From: a virus
Reading direction: 5' to 3' (one strand)
Length of the DNA stretch: 64,000 bases
Virus record (IMG/VR): IMGVR_UViG_3300037311_000293
The translations under genes were made by a program, and so were the position numbers. This document shows, in pieces, positions 16,966 through 26,732 of this stretch. Within the stretch, counting starts at the first letter, position 1, and each line of letters begins with the position of its first letter. The notes below the pieces were generated by a model. That model saw nothing but the letters and a program-made list of their open reading frames with translations. It was not told the origin of the DNA and did no database searches.

Positions 16966-16996
16966 AAAAATGAAAGGGATCCGAAGATCCCCTTCA
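16966..16996 (-). terminator. intrinsic terminator after thyA
   Basis: TGAAAGGGATC/GATCCCCTTCA stem plus TTTTT. Confidence 0.75.
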
Positions 16997-16997
16997 T

Positions 16998-17849
16998 TCA
17001 CACGGCAACAGGTGCCTTGATGGCTGGGTGGTGATTGTAGTCCACAACCCGCACGTTCTCTGGCCGCACCTTGAACAGATCGGTGGGCCCGTCGATGCGA
17101 AGCGTAGGAGACGGAAAGACCTCACGCCGCAGTTGCTCCAACGCCTGATCGCGGTGGTTGGCGTAGAGATGAACATCCCCGAAGGTGTGGACGAACTCGC
17201 CGACCTCGTATCCAGTGCTCCGTGCAACCAGATGCGTCAGCAACGCATAGCTCGCGATGTTGAAGGGGACGCCGAGGAAGATGTCGGCGCTGCGCTGGTA
17301 CAGGTGGCAGCTCAGCTTCCCGGACTCGACGTAGAACTGGAACAGCGTGTGGCACGGCGGAAGAGCCACCTCGGTCGCTTCCTTTGGGTTCCAGCCGCTC
17401 ACAACAAGACGTCGACTTGTCGGGTTTTTCTTGATCTCGTTCACCACCCACGAGAGCTGGTCGAAGCCATCACTGGCGTACGTACCGTCAGCGAGCTTCG
17501 TGGCCCCGAAGTTGCGCCACTGGTGCCCGTATACCGGACCGAGCTCGCCTTCGGGTCTGCCAAACCGCGCACACTGCTGCTCGGTGGCCCACTCGTCCCA
17601 GATCGTAACACCAGCCTGTTTCAGCGGAGCCACGTTCGTCGATCCGCTGATCATCCAGAACAACTCGTGGACGATCGACTTCACGTGCATCTTCTTCGTG
17701 GTCAGAAGCGGAAAGTTTCTCTCCAGGTTGAACCGAAGCTGCTCACCGAAGAGCCCGTAGGTGCCCACTCCCGTTCGGTCGGAACGCTCTGCTCCTCGAA
17801 GCAAGAGCTTCTCAAGAAGAGTGAGGTACGCCATGTCGTGATACATCAT
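16998..17849 (-). CDS. thyA: thymidylate synthase ThyA
   Basis: [49 protein letters not shown]. Confidence 0.98.
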   Translation of the reverse strand: MMYHDMAYLTLLEKLLLRGAERSDRTGVGTYGLFGEQLRFNLERNFPLLTTKKMHVKSIVHELFWMISGSTNVAPLKQAGVTIWDEWATEQQCARFGRPEGELGPVYGHQWRNFGATKLADGTYASDGFDQLSWVVNEIKKNPTSRRLVVSGWNPKEATEVALPPCHTLFQFYVESGKLSCHLYQRSADIFLGVPFNIASYALLTHLVARSTGYEVGEFVHTFGDVHLYANHRDQALEQLRREVFPSPTLRIDGPTDLFKVRPENVRVVDYNHHPAIKAPVAV

Positions 17850-18049
17850 TCCACCACCTTCTGATCCTGAACAAAACGCAAGAGCCCTTCCATCCGTGCG
17901 GCGATTGCCGCCCATGCCGCGGCGTGCCCGATGGCCCATTGATCGTTGTCATCGTGTGCGCCGGCCCGTGTGTCTTTCACCATGGACTTGGCGTGATCGA
18001 CTTCGCGGGCAACCCGCTGTTCGAGAGCCTTGCGTTCGTCATGCGTCAT
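17846..18049 (-). CDS. hypothetical protein
   Basis: Short helical ORF coupled between dcd and thyA. Confidence 0.6.
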   Translation of the reverse strand: MTHDERKALEQRVAREVDHAKSMVKDTRAGAHDDNDQWAIGHAAAWAAIAARMEGLLRFVQDQKVVE

Positions 18050-18578
18050 CGTCTTGCTCCAACTTGCTTGGTGTGACCGTCGTAGAGCCCTGGTACTTGG
18101 ACTTGCGCGTCGCGGCACCGTAGGGTCGACGAGCCGGTCGATCCATCTTGTGAAGACTGACCTGACACACTCTCATGCCGGGGCGCAAGTACAGAGGCTT
18201 GGAGCCTACGAGGTCGATCTCCAGAGTGATGATGCCCTCGAAGCCGGGATCAATAAACCCCGCGGTGCTGTGTACACGAAGGCCCATGCGCCCCAAGCTG
18301 CTTCGACCATCGACACGACCGACGATATGATGGGGCAGCCTGATGTACTCCATCGTCTCGCCAAGGATGAAGTTGTCGTGTCCCGGCTCGAGCAGCAGTC
18401 CGCTCTCCGGAATCTTCCCACGACCCATCGTAGATGGGTCGATCCACGAATCACCCAGGCGAAGATCGATACTCGCTGGCTGCACCTGCACCAACCGATC
18501 AATGGTCCTGTTGCCCGGATGGCTGACCGGGAACAAGTCTTCGAGGTTCTCTTCGATGAAGAAGTCGGAGTAGATCAT
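18039..18578 (-). CDS. dcd: dCTP deaminase (possibly the dUMP-forming bifunctional type)
   Basis: QPASIDLRLG, GRSSLGRMGL.VHSTAGFIDPGFEG.ITLE, SKYQG. Confidence 0.95.
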   Translation of the reverse strand: MIYSDFFIEENLEDLFPVSHPGNRTIDRLVQVQPASIDLRLGDSWIDPSTMGRGKIPESGLLLEPGHDNFILGETMEYIRLPHHIVGRVDGRSSLGRMGLRVHSTAGFIDPGFEGIITLEIDLVGSKPLYLRPGMRVCQVSLHKMDRPARRPYGAATRKSKYQGSTTVTPSKLEQDDDA

Positions 18579-19072
18579 GCTGTTCCTCTGCTTCCCTGAA
18601 TACCCAGGGGAATGATCGAGGGAAACTTGCATGTCCATCCCTCGAAGATCGTTTGCTCCTCACCCACCTTGACCCACGTCTTGTAACCGTTGAACACGTG
18701 CTCGACGTGGAACAAGAAGACGGTCTCTTCGGTCTCCACCGGCAAGTAGGTAGCGATCACAGCGCCCGGAACCCGAGCCAGGAGCCCTACAGCCTCCAGA
18801 CGCGCGATGTTCGGGGGCTGCATGGCCCGAAGACCCGCTGCCACTGTCTCGAGCCGTTCTGCGCTGTCGATGGTATCGTGTTGGTGCGCGCTCAATGCGT
18901 GTTGCCCGTCTCTGAGCCCTGTGATGAACCCGATGCTTTGGGGACGCAATAGAGCTTCCTGGAGTGCCTTCTCGATGTAGGCCTCCGCAATGTCTGTGAT
19001 CCTGGACCACGTGTAGAAGATGTCCATTGGTTCCTGGTGCAAAAGAGACACCGAAGTGTCTCCTGGGGTCAT
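18575..19072 (-). CDS. hypothetical protein
   Basis: ATGA-coupled ORF. Confidence 0.65.
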   Translation of the reverse strand: MTPGDTSVSLLHQEPMDIFYTWSRITDIAEAYIEKALQEALLRPQSIGFITGLRDGQHALSAHQHDTIDSAERLETVAAGLRAMQPPNIARLEAVGLLARVPGAVIATYLPVETEETVFLFHVEHVFNGYKTWVKVGEEQTIFEGWTCKFPSIIPLGIQGSRGTA

Positions 19073-19482
19073 AGACCGAGCAGCTTTCGAAGAGCGACCC
19101 GAAGATCGTCTTCTTCTTCTGGCTCTGGCTTTCGGATGTAGGGAGCGTACTCGCCCCGATACGGGCGCCGCCTGCCCTGGGCGGCCTCGTCTTCGACGAA
19201 CTGTTTCTGGATCCGCTCGTGTTCATCGAATGCGGCATCGACGAGCTCGTGAAACTCCTCGCGGTTCATCCCGCTCAGAGCCACAGCATTCCGGCGCATG
19301 TCGCCGAAGTACCGGGGCTTGAAGCCCTGGAGCTCACCATCCCGGAAGACCGCCTCCTTCTCGTAGAGCAGGAGATAGACCTCGGGTCCCGCGTCGTCAT
19401 GGGAGACGTAGAGTCTCCCAAATGTAAGATCGCCGACCGGTTTCTCTCCCAGCCAGCGCTTACCCTTTCGCTCCTCGTGCAT
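19069..19482 (-). CDS. hypothetical protein
   Basis: GGAGG RBS, start MHEE. Confidence 0.7.
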   Translation of the reverse strand: MHEERKGKRWLGEKPVGDLTFGRLYVSHDDAGPEVYLLLYEKEAVFRDGELQGFKPRYFGDMRRNAVALSGMNREEFHELVDAAFDEHERIQKQFVEDEAAQGRRRPYRGEYAPYIRKPEPEEEDDLRVALRKLLGL

Positions 19483-19497
19483 TAGCACCTCCAAGAT

Positions 19498-19504
19498 CTT
19501 ATAG
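19498..19504 (-). promoter_or_regulatory. CTATNAG motif (AACGCCTATAAGATC)
   Basis: 15-mer identical to the copy at about 29433-29447. Confidence 0.65.
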
Positions 19505-19513
19505 GCGTTACGC

Positions 19514-19978
19514 CTACTGTTTTGTGGTGCTTGAGCCGGCTGGTTTGGGGCCGTTCTTCAAGAGACCGCGAACACCCCACATGTCTTCGAACACGCGGAT
19601 CAACGATACCAAGTAGGATGACACCCGGACGCTAGTCGGCGTCTTACCCTTGTCACCGACCCCGTGTACATGATCTCCCCACCTGCCGTTGACAGCGACA
19701 AAGCCCACGAACGTGGCGAAAGCAGCCGTAGTAGGCTGCATGTCTGTAGGCTTTGGGGCATCTTCTGGAGGATCATGCTTTGATAGCATGACTTGGATGA
19801 GAGCTCGACACGCCTGAAGCCGCTGGCCGTCAGGAAGATCACGTACCAGCAGGCTGAGAGTGCTCGCGCGCTGACGGAACTTCGGGTCCTTCAGTATGGC
19901 TTGTATCACTTGGTAGGCATCACCCATGGTTCCCTGATCTCTCGAGATCAGAAGAAACGACGCCCCAAGATCTTGCAT
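19514..19978 (-). CDS. hypothetical protein
   Basis: 154-aa ORF in operon. Confidence 0.65.
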   Translation of the reverse strand: MQDLGASFLLISRDQGTMGDAYQVIQAILKDPKFRQRASTLSLLVRDLPDGQRLQACRALIQVMLSKHDPPEDAPKPTDMQPTTAAFATFVGFVAVNGRWGDHVHGVGDKGKTPTSVRVSSYLVSLIRVFEDMWGVRGLLKNGPKPAGSSTTKQ

Positions 19979-20262
19979 CAGTCCCTCAACTTGATGATGG
20001 GTGTGTGGTGGATGGGCTTCGTGTCGGCTTCGAAGGACAACTTCACGCTGTCCTCTACCTGGACGACTCGAATCTCGAAGTCGAAGAAGCCCTTGCGACG
20101 TCCGTACTCAGCCCAAGCCACACGGCCGGCGGCTTCGTCGAGAGAAGTCATGGCGACGATTAGATCAGCATCCTGCATGGACGCCAAGATGTTGTAGATC
20201 TGCTCCGGAGGATCCGGATTGTAGGTCCACTTGACGAGGTTGTTGATGATCTCTTTGTTCAT
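19978..20262 (-). CDS. hypothetical protein
   Basis: Coupled ORF. Confidence 0.7.
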   Translation of the reverse strand: MNKEIINNLVKWTYNPDPPEQIYNILASMQDADLIVAMTSLDEAAGRVAWAEYGRRKGFFDFEIRVVQVEDSVKLSFEADTKPIHHTPIIKLRD

Positions 20263-20612
20263 GTGAAGTCGTAGTCACCTAGCAGCGTCCAGCCGACGTT
20301 ACCCTGACGATCAGGCGTAACCATGACAGACACCGGGTTGGTTGCGTTGAGGTTGAGTACTGCATCGACGTCCTCGCGTGTGATGGGACGGTCGAGCTCG
20401 AGCTGGTAGGTAGCGTCCGTGGGCCATGCCACGAACTCGATACGCCGAGGCGCCTGACCCCCGATGTCCTGCCATCGGATGAACAGGAAGTAGCGTCGTA
20501 CGCCGTTGTTGTTGTCGATGATGTCCCTGATCCTGCGGACCTCGTCCGTGTTACCGGCCAAGGCCGCCGTGATCAAAGCATCGTACTGCGTGCGCTCAAG
20601 AGTGATGGGCAT
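20259..20612 (-). CDS. hypothetical protein
   Basis: Coupled ORF. Confidence 0.7.
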   Translation of the reverse strand: MPITLERTQYDALITAALAGNTDEVRRIRDIIDNNNGVRRYFLFIRWQDIGGQAPRRIEFVAWPTDATYQLELDRPITREDVDAVLNLNATNPVSVMVTPDRQGNVGWTLLGDYDFT

Positions 20613-20619
20613 AGGCCCA

Positions 20620-21084
20620 TCATACCGAAAACCGCAGAATCAGACCCGAACGGATGCAGGAGTCGACGTAGTGGATCTCCTTGGTCGCGTTCGCCTCGGT
20701 GTCCGACCCGTGAACAGCATTTCGCATCACCGGACCCTTGTGGTCGCCAAAGGTACAGCGAAGTGTGTGCATCGGAGCCTTCTTCGGGTCCGTGGGCCCG
20801 ATGAGGGCGCGCCAACGCGACACCGCATCGCGCCCGGACAGCACCACCGAGAAGATCATCCCCGACGACATGAAGTCGACGAGGTCTGGGAAGAAGTCGC
20901 GATCTGCGAGATCGATGTAGAACCCCTCGACCGCCGATCGTGTCCATTGCGCGGCATGGACAGCCTTGATGTCGAACTGGGAGCTCATGACACCCAGAAT
21001 GGTGGGAGCGTACCCGCTTTCGACGGCATCCGGTTTGATCAGCGCGAGAGTACGCTCGATCTTTACAGCGGCAGTGATATCCAT
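20620..21084 (-). CDS. ndk: nucleoside diphosphate kinase
   Basis: ERTLALIKPDAV, FMSSG, IGPTDP, RNAVHGSD. Confidence 0.96.
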   Translation of the reverse strand: MDITAAVKIERTLALIKPDAVESGYAPTILGVMSSQFDIKAVHAAQWTRSAVEGFYIDLADRDFFPDLVDFMSSGMIFSVVLSGRDAVSRWRALIGPTDPKKAPMHTLRCTFGDHKGPVMRNAVHGSDTEANATKEIHYVDSCIRSGLILRFSV

Positions 21085-21094
21085 GTCTGTCTCC

Positions 21095-21127
21095 AAAAGA
21101 AAAGGCACGCAGTCTCCCGCGTGCCTT
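21095..21127 (-). terminator. intrinsic terminator
   Basis: AAGGCACGC/GCGTGCCTT stem plus TTTTCTTTT. Confidence 0.7.
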
Positions 21128-21145
21128 ACTTGTTGTCGTCGTCGG

Positions 21146-21928
21146 TCAGGTGGTCTCGGGCTTGAGGGCTTGGATGTACTTGGCGTAGTACGCGACCTTC
21201 TCGGGCTCGGCGTAGAGATCGATCACTTCCGCGAGGTTGTCGAAGAAGTCCGCGATGCCCTTGCGATTGAGACCCGCCGGCATGTTCTCGATCTCGGCGG
21301 CGTCGAGTGCGGGAAGAGCATACTCGGTGGGGTTGTCGGGCACCGCAGCCGCGATGTCAGCGAGCGTCTCGAGGTAGCGCATCGCATGGGCCGACACGAA
21401 GTACACGATCTGACGCACGTTGTTGCCGACACGCTTGACGAGGTTCGGGATGCCATCGGTGTCGGAGTCGTTGAACTCGACACCAGAGGTGAAGCGGTTG
21501 GACAGGATGCCCGCCACTCGCAGATCGGTCATCGCTAGAGCGGCCTCTTTGTAGCCGTCGTCGCTTCCGGAAACCCCGAGGGCTTCCCGCATCTCGGCGA
21601 ACGTGAAGCCGACCGGGCTCTTTCCTTCGTCGACTTGCGCCAAGAACTTCTCGACCACCAGACGCTTCCAGTTCGGCGCCTCCGCCTTCTTCTTCTTCGA
21701 TGCCATGATCCAATCCTCTCTGTATGCCTTCAAGAAGGCCTTCTCCCCGATGGGGGTCAGGCACCACTTCTTACGGAACGGAACGAACCACGCCGACGAC
21801 CCTAGTGCCGCCTCGATCTGTAGCGGGTCCGTGCCGCTTGGTAATACACCCAAGACGCTGTGTGTATCTACCGCCTTCTCGGGGTCGCGGAAAGCAAGCG
21901 TTGCCGCCGCGACAAGCCACCTCTTCAC
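21146..21928 (-). CDS. hypothetical protein, possibly winged-helix; alternative in-frame start at 21706 (MASKK)
   Basis: GTG start overlaps the upstream stop; strong RBS before the internal ATG; FTFAEMREALG segment. Confidence 0.55.
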   Translation of the reverse strand: MKRWLVAAATLAFRDPEKAVDTHSVLGVLPSGTDPLQIEAALGSSAWFVPFRKKWCLTPIGEKAFLKAYREDWIMASKKKKAEAPNWKRLVVEKFLAQVDEGKSPVGFTFAEMREALGVSGSDDGYKEAALAMTDLRVAGILSNRFTSGVEFNDSDTDGIPNLVKRVGNNVRQIVYFVSAHAMRYLETLADIAAAVPDNPTEYALPALDAAEIENMPAGLNRKGIADFFDNLAEVIDLYAEPEKVAYYAKYIQALKPETT

Positions 21929-22230
21929 TCCTCGGTCACCCCGTACTTGCGTGCGTCTTCGACACTCCCGAGACGCAGCGGATTCTTGTCTCCAACGATG
22001 TAGTAGTGCTCGGCCTCGCACTCCGCGCAGAAGATCGGACCACGAAGAGGCTGGTCCGGTCCTTGTTCGTGCCCACCGATCTTGTCCCACGAGTTCTTGG
22101 CGTCGGCTTGCCCGACCTTGAGACCACCGAGCTTGATGGTGCCATTGCGATCCGCAAGAGGAACCATCTTCGTGATCACGACCTTGCACAACAGCGCTGC
22201 GGAACCGCAGCTCAAGCACTTCTTCTTCAT
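21925..22230 (-). CDS. Zn-finger protein
   Basis: CLSC...CAEC; GGAGG RBS. Confidence 0.7.
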   Translation of the reverse strand: MKKKCLSCGSAALLCKVVITKMVPLADRNGTIKLGGLKVGQADAKNSWDKIGGHEQGPDQPLRGPIFCAECEAEHYYIVGDKNPLRLGSVEDARKYGVTEE

Positions 22231-22281
22231 GTCTCGCGCCACAAACACCTCCTTCAACAACTGATACGCGATCTGATGCTC

Positions 22282-22288
22282 CTATAAG
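22282..22288 (+). promoter_or_regulatory. CTATNAG motif (CTATAAG); a divergent GTATCAG variant lies at 22261-22267 on the minus strand
   Basis: Divergent intergenic gap, 14 nt before ATG 22303. Confidence 0.6.
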
Positions 22289-22302
22289 CACGTGGAGGTG
22301 CT

Positions 22303-22965
22303 ATGTACGAGCTACCCATCCACATCCTCGATCAACGAAGCATGACACAAGCCGACGAAGAGATCTTGTCGGCGATGACTGAGTACCCGCCGGCAACCAA
22401 CCTGAAGAAAGGCGACCTCGTCTATCTGACCGAAACCACCCCCTACACCCGCATCAGCCGTATCGGTGTTCCTCGCCTCTGGCAAGTGCGTCTCGTGATT
22501 TCGGCCTGGACGTTCGAGCTCCACCGAATCGCTCAGGACCCATACCACAAACCCGCAGGGATCGACTACGCCATCGGCGTGCTCGAAGCACAGAACTTCC
22601 CGCGCAGCAAATGGCGCAAGCCCATCGTCTACGCCCACGGCTATCCCCACGGCAACTGGCCAGACACCGCATCGTGGTTTCCGGAACGCGTGCTGCGGAA
22701 GATCACCTTCCGAGAAGCCACCCAGCCGTGGGAACGAATCCTCGACGAAGCTCAAGCGCCGTTCCGTGGATACGACGCCTCTCAGCTCGTCGTTCCCTAC
22801 ACCTTCGACCTGGCGCCCGACATGTACAGCGCGGGCGAGAACTTGGGCCGCCCGTTCAGCTTCGAGCAGGACACAGCGCACACCATCGCGCTTCTCGGTG
22901 GCGAAGAGATCCTGTTCCGCCCGCTGAAGAAAGAGCTCGACCGTGAGCACGATATCTTCCGGTGA
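22303..22965 (+). CDS. hypothetical protein
   Basis: 220 aa, GGAGG RBS. Confidence 0.8.
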   Translation: MYELPIHILDQRSMTQADEEILSAMTEYPPATNLKKGDLVYLTETTPYTRISRIGVPRLWQVRLVISAWTFELHRIAQDPYHKPAGIDYAIGVLEAQNFPRSKWRKPIVYAHGYPHGNWPDTASWFPERVLRKITFREATQPWERILDEAQAPFRGYDASQLVVPYTFDLAPDMYSAGENLGRPFSFEQDTAHTIALLGGEEILFRPLKKELDREHDIFR

Positions 22966-23206
22966 AATCGATCCCGAAGTGCTGGAGATCATGAGGTCAC
23001 GGCACAGCGAAGGAAAGAAGTGGGCTGCGTATCGTAACAGCGATCTCAGCAGCCCGAACGCGGGTCATCTGACGTTTCTCCAGGTCGGCGAAGGCTGTAC
23101 GTATCCTACGGCCCCGCCAAAACACCCCGACACCCCGTCGCTCATCGGCTGGCGCTATCTCCTGATCGGATTCGTAGAGCTCGAGTCCGGAGACATCGTG
23201 GAGTAG
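22943..23206 (+). CDS. hypothetical protein
   Basis: 87-aa ORF ending at a terminator. Confidence 0.7.
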   Translation: MSTISSGEIDPEVLEIMRSRHSEGKKWAAYRNSDLSSPNAGHLTFLQVGEGCTYPTAPPKHPDTPSLIGWRYLLIGFVELESGDIVE

Positions 23207-23208
23207 CG

Positions 23209-23233
23209 AAGAAGAGGCCAGGCCTCTTCTTTT
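23209..23233. terminator. bidirectional terminator
   Basis: AAGAAGAGGCC/GGCCTCTTCTT between convergent genes. Confidence 0.75.
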
Positions 23234-23235
23234 GC

Positions 23236-23811
23236 CTACTTCAGCCACTGCTCGCTGTACTTGGTGTAGGTCAGCTCTACGGGGCGCGTCCCCATCAAGG
23301 CGGGCATGAGCTGCACCAGCAGGTTGGTGTCGTATTCGGCGTTATGAGTACCGCTGAGATCGTAGTCGAAACCGAGAGCACCAGCGATCTCGACCAGCTT
23401 GTGTCCCCTACGCGTACTCAGTATGGGGTGCTTCTTCTTTGCGAAGTCCATCGTGCACAGCGTAGGAATGCCGCGAGGCCATTCGTCACGTGGGATCGAG
23501 TAACTCAGCATCCGAGTGTCGAAGGACATGTTGTGTGCGACCCACGGCGCATCGAGACGAAGGAACTCGAGAACTTGCCCCTTGATGTCTTCGAAGCGTG
23601 GTGCGTCCTTCAACATATACTCACTGATCCCATGCACGGCCTCCGCACCGGGCTCGATGGAGACCCCTGGATTGATGAGGCTGTGGAACTTCTTGAGGAC
23701 ACGAGAGCCCTGAGCCAGGACGATACAGATCTCACAGATCCTGTCCTCCTTGCTGAAGCCAGTCGTTTCGGTGTCGAAGGCGACGTAGTACGCGTTGTCC
23801 CAGGTTTCCAT
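23236..23811 (-). CDS. DEDDh exonuclease (DnaQ/epsilon-like)
   Basis: FDTETTG, AHNMSFD, HNAEYD. Confidence 0.92.
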   Translation of the reverse strand: METWDNAYYVAFDTETTGFSKEDRICEICIVLAQGSRVLKKFHSLINPGVSIEPGAEAVHGISEYMLKDAPRFEDIKGQVLEFLRLDAPWVAHNMSFDTRMLSYSIPRDEWPRGIPTLCTMDFAKKKHPILSTRRGHKLVEIAGALGFDYDLSGTHNAEYDTNLLVQLMPALMGTRPVELTYTKYSEQWLK

Positions 23812-24407
23812 TACGTATCTCCGTGAACCCTTTTGTGGTGGGCGTCGTTGGGGTCGTCGAAGACCCGAAGCATCTGAAGGGCCCCGGAGCGGCACAGCCC
23901 TTCTACGCGTTCGACGGGAATCACCAGTGTCGCGCCTCCAGGATCGGATGTCGAGGCCTCCAGTAGAAGATCACGAAGCGCCATGGCGGTCAGTGACAAC
24001 CGATGATTCAGCTCTTCGGGATCAAACCTCGACAGTTTCTCCTTGTCCCGGATCGGAGGAGAAAACGAAGCCAGCCATTGCTTCGCCATCTCAGCGATGA
24101 GCTCGAGGGGCCTTGCGTATCCCTTGGCGAGTAGGACGCCGCCGTTGTCGTGGTAGTTCTTGACTGCCTCTTTGATGGCGGCTTCGGTGGTCTCCAACAG
24201 CTTATCCCGGATACCAGTGTTGTGAGGGATCCTTTGGTCCTGCATTCCTGTGCTCAGCAGAACTGCCGCTACGGCTTCGACAGCCGGCTGGATCCTACCG
24301 GCTTCGCATTGCTGACGAACTACGCCTTGTCCCTTGGCGGTCATCAACCCCTGGGCCTTCAGGACACCCAGTAGCGTCGACACCAAGTAAGCATCACCCA
24401 TGACCAC
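23811..24407 (-). CDS. hypothetical protein
   Basis: 198-aa ORF, first gene of the leftward unit. Confidence 0.7.
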   Translation of the reverse strand: MVMGDAYLVSTLLGVLKAQGLMTAKGQGVVRQQCEAGRIQPAVEAVAAVLLSTGMQDQRIPHNTGIRDKLLETTEAAIKEAVKNYHDNGGVLLAKGYARPLELIAEMAKQWLASFSPPIRDKEKLSRFDPEELNHRLSLTAMALRDLLLEASTSDPGGATLVIPVERVEGLCRSGALQMLRVFDDPNDAHHKRVHGDT

Positions 24408-24426
24408 CCGCCTTCCTTCGTTTTCT

Positions 24427-24634
24427 CTCTATACTCTATACTATTTGGATCGTCCAGGGTATTGTTGTGCTCTGATTGTCTTCTTGTTCCTAAACATGTG
24501 TAATATTGAGTATAGAATATAGAGACTTCTACAGATAGAACTTCTCTATACACTATACTGAACGATCAAAGAACACTGGACGGCAGGTATAAGACGGTGT
24601 ACCACTGCTTGCCAGAAAAGTATAGAGTATAGAG
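24427..24634. repeat. four 16-bp CTCTATACTCTATACT elements in alternating orientation
   Basis: Copies at 24427-24442 (+), 24509-24524 (-, 1 mismatch), 24544-24559 (+, 1 mismatch), 24619-24634 (-), in an AT-rich divergent gap. Confidence 0.85.
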
Positions 24635-24642
24635 GAAAGCAG

Positions 24643-25290
24643 ATGAAGAAGAGCCTACCCGGAGACATCAAGGCCCGGCTGTCGAGCATCGTCGATGCCG
24701 CAGAGCGGCAGGCTTCTGCGCCCCGTGTAGTTGACAACGGCACTGAAGCCGAGAAGCCACGACCCACTCGACCAAAGACCCGGGAGGAATCGTTCAAGGA
24801 TCTCGATGCCTGGCTCGAGGAAGCCAACGCCGGGATGCCAGATGAGAACCTTGCACGAGCGGCAAACGTCTCGATGACTGCTGTTCTGGAATGGCGACGA
24901 GCCAGAGGAGTCAAGCGGCTTCGTGGTCACCTGCGCCGTCGTGAGAAAGAGCTCTGGGCAGTGGATGCCTTCGGTGACCACTACGATGCCGAGCTCCATG
25001 CCGTTAGCAGTACGCTCCGTGGGATGTGGGATCTTCCAGAGTACATGCTTCGGCAACCCCTGAACTACGATCTGCTGTGTCGGTATCTGTACTTCCTGCA
25101 CATCGAGCTCGGATGTACGCCCGATGCCCTGGCAGAAGCCTTTGGTATCAAGGAACGCGACGTCGAGATGGCGATCGCTGTCGAAGTCTCACATCTGTCC
25201 CGCGTCAGCGTGCCCTGCAAGACCTGCGGACAGTCTACCGACCCGGCCTACGGGCCGTATTGTTCTGAGCGCTGTAAGGTGACAAAATGA
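24643..25290 (+). CDS. HTH plus C-terminal Zn-ribbon putative regulator
   Basis: DENLARAANVSMTAVLEWRR HTH; CKTC...YCSERC. Confidence 0.7.
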   Translation: MKKSLPGDIKARLSSIVDAAERQASAPRVVDNGTEAEKPRPTRPKTREESFKDLDAWLEEANAGMPDENLARAANVSMTAVLEWRRARGVKRLRGHLRRREKELWAVDAFGDHYDAELHAVSSTLRGMWDLPEYMLRQPLNYDLLCRYLYFLHIELGCTPDALAEAFGIKERDVEMAIAVEVSHLSRVSVPCKTCGQSTDPAYGPYCSERCKVTK

Positions 25291-25964
25291 TCACTACATG
25301 GGACTGGCTACTCGCTCCTGCCGACGTGCTACGCGGCAACGGGGTAGATCCTGCGCATAGGATCGCAAAGACCGGGCATGCCCGACCCCTGGCACTCCGG
25401 TGGGCGCGTACCCTTGGTATGTGGTGCGTTGCTTCCCCAAAGGAGATCGTCGAGGTCGCGGCGACTACACGGACGACCTACGACATGTTTCGCCAGCGCC
25501 ATGCTCTACGCGTTGGTCGCAACACCGATCAACAGATCTCAGAGCGCTACGGACTCGCCAAGGCGTCAGAGATGTACCGTCAGGTCTTCGTCGCCAATGC
25601 GTGTCATCGAATGATTGCAAGCCGCCGCGCACGAGACCCCGGTCTCAGCTTTGGCGCAGCGGCAAACCTGTCTACCGGACGTGAATCCTACGACCAAAAG
25701 ATCCCACTGCGTCAGCGTCCGCCGGTTGTCGGGAATCTGGGTCTTCTCCCAATCGAGGTGCTGCTCTACTACTACGCCGTGGAGCATGTTCGTATAGACA
25801 GCGCCATCGAGCTCAGGCAGTGGCTTGTGCTCTCGGCTTCGGCAGAGGCAGCAGACCTCAAGCACATGCGTCTTCTTTGGGCAGCTTCTGAGGGCAGCGC
25901 GCTGGTGCGGTTGCCAGACAGCGTGCTTCAGCAATACGATGGCAACGATGAAGATCAAGAATGA
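25287..25964 (+). CDS. hypothetical protein
   Basis: ATGA-coupled 225-aa ORF. Confidence 0.65.
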   Translation: MITTWDWLLAPADVLRGNGVDPAHRIAKTGHARPLALRWARTLGMWCVASPKEIVEVAATTRTTYDMFRQRHALRVGRNTDQQISERYGLAKASEMYRQVFVANACHRMIASRRARDPGLSFGAAANLSTGRESYDQKIPLRQRPPVVGNLGLLPIEVLLYYYAVEHVRIDSAIELRQWLVLSASAEAADLKHMRLLWAASEGSALVRLPDSVLQQYDGNDEDQE

Positions 25965-26421
25965 GTTCATCGAGCTCCATCGGCCGCGGCATGTTCACTT
26001 CGAGGCCTTCCGGGAAGCTGTGCAAAACAAAACGCACGTAGCCCTTGCGGAGGAAGAGGTCAGCAGAAAAGAGCCCAGCAATCTGTTGGACGTCTATCTC
26101 AAGGGCGACATGAGGCAGATCATCCAGGACTTCTGGATGCGTCCTGATCACTACAGCCCTCGTCAGCAAGACATCTTGATTGCCCTGAGTCAGTACCAAG
26201 ACCCAGATCCCGCCATCACTGATCCGGAGAAGACAGACCTGCTGCTGACGTGGATGCGAGACACGGCAACACAGCAGCGCTTCAGAGAGCTCAACAGAAA
26301 GACTACCGATCCTGATGAAGAGATTGTCCTCGAAGACGGCCGAACGCTGGACGAATCGGTAAAGGCAGAGAAGGAGCCTGACTTCGAGACCCAAGACTTT
26401 GGCGATAAAATCATCATCTGA
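25939..26421 (+). CDS. hypothetical protein
   Basis: Coding-like ORF with acidic tail. Confidence 0.7.
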   Translation: MATMKIKNEFIELHRPRHVHFEAFREAVQNKTHVALAEEEVSRKEPSNLLDVYLKGDMRQIIQDFWMRPDHYSPRQQDILIALSQYQDPDPAITDPEKTDLLLTWMRDTATQQRFRELNRKTTDPDEEIVLEDGRTLDESVKAEKEPDFETQDFGDKIII

Positions 26422-26426
26422 TCCTC

Positions 26427-26433
26427 CTATGAG
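26427..26433 (+). promoter_or_regulatory. CTATNAG motif (CTATGAG)
   Basis: 17 nt before ATG 26451; GAGGAGG RBS. Confidence 0.6.
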
Positions 26434-26450
26434 AAGGTGAGGAGGCAATA

Positions 26451-26732
26451 ATGATCACGATTCAGGAGTATGCAGAAACAGCAGAACTCGTCTACGGCGA
26501 AGAAGACGTCGCCGAAGTCGCCAACGAGCAGCTCAAGCTGTTCATGGATTTGGCGCATGTACTGCGCCGGCAAGAGGTGCTGCGCGCCAACGTGAAGAGC
26601 CGAGCGCTGTCAGACCTGGCAGCGTCGATCCTGATGGCGCAGAACACGTACATGATCAACAAGTTGCAGTACAGCATCACGTTGAATCGTGTCGTGCTTC
26701 AAGCCCTTCGGTTGCCGAGGGCAGAAGCATGA
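26451..26732 (+). CDS. hypothetical protein
   Basis: Strong RBS. Confidence 0.75.
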   Translation: MITIQEYAETAELVYGEEDVAEVANEQLKLFMDLAHVLRRQEVLRANVKSRALSDLAASILMAQNTYMINKLQYSITLNRVVLQALRLPRAEA

